From positions 96,001-160,000 of the forward strand of contig CAWJEN010000005.1 of NCBI GenBank assembly GCA_963841915.1: a DNA stretch of 64,000 bases, written 5' to 3'. Numbering within the stretch: position 1 is the first letter of the stretch; the number at the start of each line of letters is the position of its first letter. The translations under genes and the position numbers were made by a program. The notes beneath the pieces were generated by a model. That model ran no database searches, was not told the DNA's origin, and saw only the letters and a list, made by a program, of their open reading frames with translations. Source of the stretch: an uncultured Planctomycetota bacterium. GTDB lineage: Bacteria > Planctomycetota > Phycisphaerae > Tepidisphaerales > Tepidisphaeraceae. Shown in pieces: positions 56,079-64,000 of this stretch.

Positions 56079-58133
56079 GTGTCGTTCCTCCTGTCCAACC
56101 TCCCGCTCGTCCTGAGCGGCTTTATCGTCTTTGTCGGCCTTGCGATCTTCGGCCCGCGTGATCTGGTCCGGTTCAGCATCATCCGCACCTGGGCCGTCGG
56201 GTCGCTGACGTTTCGCGAGGGCATCCGCAGGCGGGTCTTGTGGACGATGCCGCTGGCAATGATCGCGGCGCTGTTTCTGATCATCCTGGCCGATCCCGCC
56301 GACGAACGACAGGCCATGTCGCAGGCCATCCAGTCGCTGCTCTTTGCCAGCGGGCTCATGGCGATCCTCGTGCCGCTCGTGCTCGGATGCACGAGCTTCC
56401 CTCGCGAGATCGAGAACCGCATCCTCTACGGCGTCGTCACCAAGCCGGTCACGCGTCTCGAACTGCTGCTCGGCAAGATCGTCGGCCTCGCCCGGTTGCT
56501 CGCCGTCGCGTTGGTTGTCATGGGCGTCTTCTCGCTGATCGTCCTGCTCATCCTCGAAGCGCGGCTCGTCGGCACCATCAAGGATCAGCTTGCAGGCGTT
56601 CTGCCGGACGAGAGCCGGCGGCCCTATCTCACGCACGTGGTCGACGACGGCCTGCTGAGTATCGCCGGGAGCAGGCGGGCGTCTGACTTCCAGTTCTACG
56701 CCGAGCCGCCACAGGTGTACGGCGACGACACGACAGCATCGCGGTTCTTCCCGCCGAACAATTACTTCGCCGCCGTGCCGTTCACCATTCCGGCCGACGA
56801 GGCGGTGGCGTTGTCGTCTATAGCTGCCGAGGGCAAGGCGACGGTCGTCGTGCAGCTTCGGCTCGACTGGCACCTGCTCGAGGGCGAGCAGCCACCCGGC
56901 TCGCTGCCGATCGGCGTGCAGAACCCAAACAACCTGCCCGCCCTGCTGCCGCCTTTGGTCGGCGTCGATCTTCGCACGGTCAACTACTTGCCGCTGCGCA
57001 TGCTCGACGGCATCGCCAACAACGTCGCGCAGCTACCAGTGAATGGTCGCGACGTCGAATGGGATGACGCCGCGGCCATCGTTTTGCCGGACGACGTCGC
57101 GAAGCTCATCGGCGATGTCGCCGTCATCGAGACGTTCCACATTGGCATCTGGGGCAGGTCATCGAGCTTTGCCTACGGCATCGCTCCCGATAGCGTCCGC
57201 CTGCTCGTCGTCACCACCCCCGACATCACGCAAACGTTTGGCCCCTATCTGCCGGCGATCAACCCAGGCGAGACGCGGTCAAAGCTTTTGCTTCGCACGC
57301 ACTTCGGCAGCGGTGGTCAAGGCCTTCGCGGCCCCGGCGACGGCTACATCGCGCCCTACGGCGTCTTCGCCTATCGCGGCTTCGACGCAGCGGCCGGTGA
57401 GACGGTCGGCTTCGAACTGGCAGGCGACGCCGAGCAGGACGGTACGATCAGCGACTACCTCGCCACAGCCGTCGAGGCCGGTTCACGAACCCGCATCGTC
57501 AGCTCAGACGGCTCGGCGTCGGAGTGGAAAGATCTCGCCGTCGACACCGCTCGTCCCGGCTACGTCGCCTTCGATGCCGACTACACCAACACCGGCGACT
57601 TCGACCTGCAGATCCAGACCACCGCCCGCGACCGATTCATCAGTTTGACTACATCCAGCATTCGCATGACCGGCGTCGGTGAATCGTTTGCCTGGACCTT
57701 TATCAAAGCGCTTGCCGCGCAGTGGCTGCTCGGCGTGCTGGTGGCAACGGTCGCCCTCGTCTTCGGGACCTTCGTCTCCTGGCCCGTCGCGCTGGTGCTG
57801 TGCGTGGCCTTCGTCGGCGGGCGCAGCGTTATCACGTCGGTCGGTGAGTCGTCCGGCCGCGACGCAGTGATGGAGGTGTTCGACGTCGAGACCGATTCCG
57901 CCGCCGCCCGCGAGGTGGTCGAGCGTGGCTATTCTGCGCTCAGTGCCACCACGCAGACGGTGGGCGAATTTCTTCCGCCGACGAGCCTGTACGACGTGTC
58001 AGCCGTCGTGGCAGCACGGGAGCCGGTGTCGCTGCGGATGCTGCTGGGGCCGTTGCTGGTGACGCTGCTTTACGGTTTACCTGTCGCTGTCATCGGCTAC
58101 ATCGTTCTCAAGCGAAAAGAGGTTGCGGCATGA
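56079..58133 (+). CDS. ABC permease with a large extracytoplasmic insertion
   Basis: TFREGIRRR, PREIENR....VVTKPV.R..LLLGK; C-terminal TMs ending KRKEVAA. Confidence 0.8.
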   Translation: MSFLLSNLPLVLSGFIVFVGLAIFGPRDLVRFSIIRTWAVGSLTFREGIRRRVLWTMPLAMIAALFLIILADPADERQAMSQAIQSLLFASGLMAILVPLVLGCTSFPREIENRILYGVVTKPVTRLELLLGKIVGLARLLAVALVVMGVFSLIVLLILEARLVGTIKDQLAGVLPDESRRPYLTHVVDDGLLSIAGSRRASDFQFYAEPPQVYGDDTTASRFFPPNNYFAAVPFTIPADEAVALSSIAAEGKATVVVQLRLDWHLLEGEQPPGSLPIGVQNPNNLPALLPPLVGVDLRTVNYLPLRMLDGIANNVAQLPVNGRDVEWDDAAAIVLPDDVAKLIGDVAVIETFHIGIWGRSSSFAYGIAPDSVRLLVVTTPDITQTFGPYLPAINPGETRSKLLLRTHFGSGGQGLRGPGDGYIAPYGVFAYRGFDAAAGETVGFELAGDAEQDGTISDYLATAVEAGSRTRIVSSDGSASEWKDLAVDTARPGYVAFDADYTNTGDFDLQIQTTARDRFISLTTSSIRMTGVGESFAWTFIKALAAQWLLGVLVATVALVFGTFVSWPVALVLCVAFVGGRSVITSVGESSGRDAVMEVFDVETDSAAAREVVERGYSALSATTQTVGEFLPPTSLYDVSAVVAAREPVSLRMLLGPLLVTLLYGLPVAVIGYIVLKRKEVAA

Positions 58134-59857
58134 CGCGGAAGACGACCCTCATCGCCATGGCCGCAGCACTCGTGGCGGCGGGCATCATGCGGCCGGTCAC
58201 GCAGGCCACACGTCAGACGCTTGCCCCTGGCACAGCGGCGGCGGGTACCTCGGCCGGAACGCTCGGGCGGCTCGACTCGGCAGCGCTCGCCCTTGTCCTG
58301 GGCGGCCTCCGCGGGCCGCTCGTGATGGCCCTGTGGACCAGCACCGGGGACCAGCAAGGCCAGGGCGCAGGCGGTGACCAGTTGCTCGGCGGGCTCGACA
58401 CGAAGCTCGAGCTCATCCGCCTGCTGCAGCCGCAGTTCGACAACGTCCACCTGCAGCAGATCTTCAACAAGGCGTACAACATCAGCGCCGAAGTTGTCTC
58501 CCCCGCCGCCCGATACACGGCCGTTCTCGATGGCGTCGACTATGCCGAAAAGGTGCTCGACGATCGGCCTTACAACGTCACGCTCGAGACGCAGCTCTAC
58601 CAGCTCTACAGCAACAAGCTCGGCAGCGCCGACGAGCGCGACTACTACGCATTTCGTGTCCGCCAGGAGACGCGTGCGGGTGTGGGGTCGACCCGCATGA
58701 CCTTCCCCGCCGACGCCCAGGGTGCGGTGCTGACAGCAGCCACCCAGGCCGGTGTGTCGCCGCGCGAGTTGCAGGTCCGACGCGGCCAGAACCCGTCGCT
58801 GCGTACGGCCATCGTGTCGTCCGCCGCCGCCGATGCGGTGCGGGCGGCCTTGCCCGAACTCGACATCACGCTCGAAGAACTCGTCCGCGACACGTCCGTC
58901 GAGGGCGCTGCCCTGGGACGACTGTTGCCCGTGATCGACGCCCAGGGTAACGTGCTGCCCGAACTGACGCAGGCGAAACGCGAAGCACCAGAAGGCGTCC
59001 AAGCCGGTGAGTATCTCGACGGCAGCGCCATCCAGTTTCTTGAAGAGTTTGCTCCGTTTCCTGAAGGGTTGAGCCCGCACGCCTTGTCGTACGAGCACGC
59101 GGTGCGGGCGTACGTGCTACAGGAGTTTGCCGGGCAGAAGCACGTGCTGCATTCGCCGTCGTTTGTGCGGGCGGCTCCGGTGCGGGCGTTGCGCGATTGG
59201 ACGGCCTCTGCCTACGAAGAAGGTCGCCAGTTCGAAGCCGAAGCCATGGGACGCGTGCCGCCGCGCCGAACCAAGGATGGACAGCAGCAGGCCGAGACGG
59301 AGTTGCTGTCGGCCGACCTTCCGCTGGACGGCAGCGTGCCGTTCCCGGCCATGCTCGAGCTCGCGCTGCTGTACTACGAGCGGAGCCAGCAACTGGCTGA
59401 GCCGTCGATCGAGCGGATCGAGCAGCACATCGCGTCGTACCCCGAGGCATTCGGCACCTTCGCCTGGACCATCCAGTACTTCGGCTTTCTGAAGGTGATG
59501 CTCGAAGCCGACGAGACGTACGCCCGCCTGGCCCTTGGCGAGTTTGCCGACGACAGAACAGCGGCGATAGCCCGAGCAGATGCTCTATACGAGGAAGCGG
59601 CCGGCTTGGGGCTCGACTATGTCATTTGGTATCACGTCGATGCCGACGTGCTGCCCGAGGGCGTCGGCCGGTACGAAGTGCAAGATCTGCCGCGGTCGAC
59701 GAAGCAGCAGATGTACGCACAGATGCAAGTGCTTCGCACCCGCGCCCGCGGCACGGGCATGTTCGAGGCCGAACGCGTCGTCGACGAGTTCGACGGCATC
59801 TTCAACAGGATCGCCCTGCGGCGGCAGTTGCTTGCCAACGCTTCTCAGGCTAATTAA
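58130..59857 (+). CDS. Exported helical/TPR-like protein coupled to the ABC system
   Basis: N-terminal hydrophobic segment, LGGLRGPLVMALW, AYNIS; ATGA overlap with the permease. Confidence 0.6.
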   Translation: MTRKTTLIAMAAALVAAGIMRPVTQATRQTLAPGTAAAGTSAGTLGRLDSAALALVLGGLRGPLVMALWTSTGDQQGQGAGGDQLLGGLDTKLELIRLLQPQFDNVHLQQIFNKAYNISAEVVSPAARYTAVLDGVDYAEKVLDDRPYNVTLETQLYQLYSNKLGSADERDYYAFRVRQETRAGVGSTRMTFPADAQGAVLTAATQAGVSPRELQVRRGQNPSLRTAIVSSAAADAVRAALPELDITLEELVRDTSVEGAALGRLLPVIDAQGNVLPELTQAKREAPEGVQAGEYLDGSAIQFLEEFAPFPEGLSPHALSYEHAVRAYVLQEFAGQKHVLHSPSFVRAAPVRALRDWTASAYEEGRQFEAEAMGRVPPRRTKDGQQQAETELLSADLPLDGSVPFPAMLELALLYYERSQQLAEPSIERIEQHIASYPEAFGTFAWTIQYFGFLKVMLEADETYARLALGEFADDRTAAIARADALYEEAAGLGLDYVIWYHVDADVLPEGVGRYEVQDLPRSTKQQMYAQMQVLRTRARGTGMFEAERVVDEFDGIFNRIALRRQLLANASQAN

Positions 59858-59947
59858 CGCTTCGAGCTTGTTTGCTCTTCCGCCTCGGCTGCGCCTTGGA
59901 TGATGGAGGGCACTGTTGAAGCACTTGCCGGTCCAGACCGCTTTTGA

Positions 59948-60943
59948 TCAGCGGCGGTCGGCATCATTCGGGACGCCGTCCGATTCACCACCGACGCAGG
60001 CTGGGAATGCGCTGAGGATGGCGAGGGCTTCGGTGAAGGCCGTCTGCTGCCTGGCCTGGGCGGCCTGGGCGGCACGGGCCGTCAGCGGCTTGCTGTCGGC
60101 CTGGAGCTGTGTGAATTCTCGACCTGAGGCAATGGCCGGCCGGGCGTACTGGCGGGCGACCTGCGGCGGGACGTCTTGTGCCCGCTTCTGGGCCGTCTGC
60201 ACGCGTTCGGCAAGGGACGGGTGACTGCTGAGGAAGCCTTGAATGCCACCGCCTGCGTCGCCTTGTTCTTCGAGCATGGCCTTGAAGAAGTTGGCAAAGC
60301 GGGCCGGCTCGTAACCGGCACGCAGGTAGAACTCGAAGCCGAGCTCGTCGGCCTCGCGCTCCTTGTCGCGGCCGAACTGTAGTCCGACGACCTGCCCACC
60401 GGCGAGCGCGATGCCGCCGACGGTCGTGGCGGTTTGGGTCCGCTTGCCGTCCTCGGCGAGGGCGGCCCCGATCAGGCCGGCACCGGCGGCTGCACCAAGC
60501 GTGTAGTACTGGCTTTGCATCGATTCCTTGACGTGCCGGCCGACGATGTGACCGAATTCGTGACCGACCACGCCGGCAAAGGCGTCTTCGGTGTCAGAGG
60601 CCTCGAACAGCTTCGTGTACAAGTAGACGTGCGTTCCGCCGGTCGTGAAGGCATTCGTCACAGGGCTGGCGACGAGGTGGAACTGAATGTTCTCGAACAT
60701 CCACGGCTCGATGTTGTACTCGTCGAGCTCGCCGGCCTCGTACATCTCCTCGGCGGCGGCGACGATGCGATCGCCCACCGCCTGAACGTAGCGGGCCAAC
60801 TCGGCCGGCTCGCGGACGACCGTCGGCTCGATCTGCGTGTGCACGTCCTGGGCCTGGGCGATAACCTGCTGGTCACTGACGCAGCCGGTGGCAAGGCCTG
60901 CGAGGGCAAGCAAGGTGAGCAGCGACGTGAGAAGCTTCGGCAT
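59948..60943 (-). CDS. M48 family metalloprotease lipoprotein
   Basis: ATGC lipobox, NAFTTGG, HEFGH, EREAD, SSHP. Confidence 0.9.
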   Translation of the reverse strand: MPKLLTSLLTLLALAGLATGCVSDQQVIAQAQDVHTQIEPTVVREPAELARYVQAVGDRIVAAAEEMYEAGELDEYNIEPWMFENIQFHLVASPVTNAFTTGGTHVYLYTKLFEASDTEDAFAGVVGHEFGHIVGRHVKESMQSQYYTLGAAAGAGLIGAALAEDGKRTQTATTVGGIALAGGQVVGLQFGRDKEREADELGFEFYLRAGYEPARFANFFKAMLEEQGDAGGGIQGFLSSHPSLAERVQTAQKRAQDVPPQVARQYARPAIASGREFTQLQADSKPLTARAAQAAQARQQTAFTEALAILSAFPACVGGESDGVPNDADRR

Positions 60944-61007
60944 GGTCGCCATTAGACGCGTGAACGGCCGAGGTGTCGATGTAGATTTTGCGACGTCTGT
61001 CAGGCCG

Positions 61008-61691
61008 CTACAGCCGACGGACCACATCAAGCACGTCTGCGGTGACCTGCTCCACGGCTTGCGAGGCATCGACGACGACATGATTCTGGGGATGTCGCTG
61101 GGCCAACTCCAGGAATCGCTGCCGCACGGCCCGGTGATACGCGGCCGGTCGCCGCTCGATGCGGTCTTTGTCACCCGCGTCATCGGCATCGGCAAAGAGC
61201 GGGACGTACTTGGGTACCACGCGGGCCTGGGCGACCTCCGTCGGCACGTCGAGAATGATCGTCAGGTCCGGCCAGCACCCGCCGACGGCGACGTCGCCAA
61301 CCTGCTCGATGTCAGTTGCCGTCAAGCCGTCACCGCCAGCTTGATAGGCGAGCGTCGAGCTGATGAACCGGTCGCACAGCACCAGCTTGCGATCGAGCAA
61401 CGCCGGGCGAATCGTCTCGACGACGAGCTGCGCCCGGGCGGCCATGTAGAGCAGCATCTCGGCCCGCATGGTCATGTCGCTGTTGGGATCCAGCAAAAGA
61501 TCGCGCACCCGCTCGCCGATGAGCGTGCTGCCGGGGTCTCGCACGCAGCAGATGTCGACCTCACTGCAAAGCGTCTCGTGAAGACGGTGGAGCTGAGTTG
61601 ACTTGCCGCAACCCTCGCCACCGTCGAGCACGATGAAGCGGCCGGCGAGCGGATGGCGTTCGGCGGCGGGCATCGGCGGCAGGTTAGTCAC
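61008..61691 (-). CDS. tmk: Thymidylate kinase
   Basis: DGGEGCGKST, AARAQ, CDRFISSTLAYQ, PDLTIILD. Confidence 0.95.
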   Translation of the reverse strand: MTNLPPMPAAERHPLAGRFIVLDGGEGCGKSTQLHRLHETLCSEVDICCVRDPGSTLIGERVRDLLLDPNSDMTMRAEMLLYMAARAQLVVETIRPALLDRKLVLCDRFISSTLAYQAGGDGLTATDIEQVGDVAVGGCWPDLTIILDVPTEVAQARVVPKYVPLFADADDAGDKDRIERRPAAYHRAVRQRFLELAQRHPQNHVVVDASQAVEQVTADVLDVVRRL

Positions 61692-61723
61692 CCTCTGCGG
61701 CGAGCGCGTAGGCTGGCCCCATC

Positions 61724-62951
61724 ATGCCTGAAGCCAACGAACCGGCCGACCGCTACGAAAAACCCGGCAGCGGAAATGATCCGCAATTCGCCAGCCTTCG
61801 TCGCAGCTTCGAAGATGTTTTTGGCGAGGATGATGACGACGACAATCCGTATAACGACGCCGCCATCAGCGTCGTCCGATCGCCCGGGCCGCGTGAATCT
61901 GATTGGCGAGCACACCGATTACGCTGAGGGATTTGTCTTCCCGATGGCGATCGAGCCGCGGGTGACCTTCGCCTATCGCCGCCGAAGCGACGGCCAGATC
62001 CGCGTTTCAAGCGACCAGGGTGACAGCACCATCACCACCTTCACGATCGACACGGAGGCTGGCGAGCCGAAGTGGACGAACTACCTGCGCGGCGTCGTCG
62101 CCCTGCTCCGCAAGCACGGTGACGTGCTCAGTGGCGGGGACATTTTCCTCATGTCGAGCCTGCCCGTCGGTGCCGGCCTCAGCAGCTCGGCCGCGCTCGA
62201 AGTGGGCATGTGTCGCGTCATGCTCGACCTGGCAGGCGGCACGCTGAGTGAACCCGAGATCGCCAAGCTGTGCCAGCAGGCAGAACATGAGTACGCCGGC
62301 GTGCCGTGCGGCATCATGGACCAGATGGCCGTCGCGGCGGGCAAGGCCGGTCACGCGATGCTGCTCGACTGCCGCACACTCGATCGCACGTACGCCCCGC
62401 TGCCCGAAGACGACGTGGCCGTCATTATCTGCGACAGCAAGGCCGAGCACGAGCTGACGGGCGGCGAATACGCGGAGCGGCGGGAATCTGTTGAACAAGC
62501 GGCGAAACTGTTGGGCGTGCCGTTTCTCCGTGATGCGACGCCGGACGACGTCGAGGCCAAGAAGGACGATCTTGGCGACCTGCTGTACCGCCGGGCCCGC
62601 CACGTGACGACGGAAAACCAGCGTTGCCTCGACTTTGCCGAGTCGCTCAAGAGCGGCGACCTCAAAGCTGCCGGCGAACGGATGTACGAAAGCCACGCGA
62701 GCCTTTCGGGCGACTACGAAGTCAGCACGAAGGAGCTCGACGCCCTGGTCGAAGCCGCCCGCGGCGTCGACGGCGTGTACGGCAGCCGGATGACCGGCGC
62801 GGGCTTCGGCGGTTGCACCGTCACGCTCTGCCGTCCCGACGCCGCCGATGACGTCATCGAGACGCTGAAGAACGCGGCAAAGGAACAGTTCGGCATCGAC
62901 ACGATGCCGTTCGTCACGAAGGCGACCACCGGGCGCGTGGTGCTCGACTGA
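61724..62951 (+). pseudogene. galK: Galactokinase with a +1 frameshift at about 61883-61890 (sequence error or pseudogene)
   Basis: The ATG 61724 frame reads ...VVRSPG; the next frame continues RVNLIGEHTDY, GAGLSSSAA, CGIMDQ, RMTGAGFGG. Confidence 0.9.
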
Positions 62952-62993
62952 GAGCGACCTCAAGCCGGCCGGCCCTAGCCTCCGCCGCGACCC

Positions 62994-63986
<993 letters not shown>

Positions 63987-64000
63987 GCGCCCGCTGCATC

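Overview
GC-rich bacterial chromosomal segment, densely coding (about 60 CDS), mostly housekeeping. The gene content (ECF/vWA anti-sigma pair, DUF1570-like and BatA-like proteins, a truncated dcw cluster) suggests Planctomycetota, probably Phycisphaerae; this taxonomy is inferred. Contents: the C-terminal end of an RNase E-like protein; moeB/thiF; cinA; a partial dcw cluster (murE-murF-mraY-ftsW-murG); hisCB with a class V aminotransferase; mnmA; an ECF sigma/vWA pair; a STAS/RsbW pair; cysE; FecCD plus ATPase; a compact MOSC-moaADE-moeA-moaCB-modAB operon facing a FAD/NAD(P)-binding gene; cheA-cheW; an AsmA-like protein; pdxA-ribE; pepP-accB-accC; rpsU with a PilHI/G-like ABC triad; tmk; galK; trpD. 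No rRNA, tRNA, CRISPR array, integrase or transposase was recognised. Most notable: (1) a wHTH plus nucleotidyltransferase-like gene pair with tandem palindromic operators over its -10 box (candidate TA/defence module); (2) a self-contained Moco/MOSC/flavoprotein locus; (3) pervasive TANNNT boxes 5-9 nt before start codons (leaderless-type genes); (4) a family of GGTGCCAC-ended REP-like hairpins; (5) a CheA with DRR repeats in place of P2; (6) single-base frameshifts in modB and galK. All family assignments come from motif recognition, not database searches.
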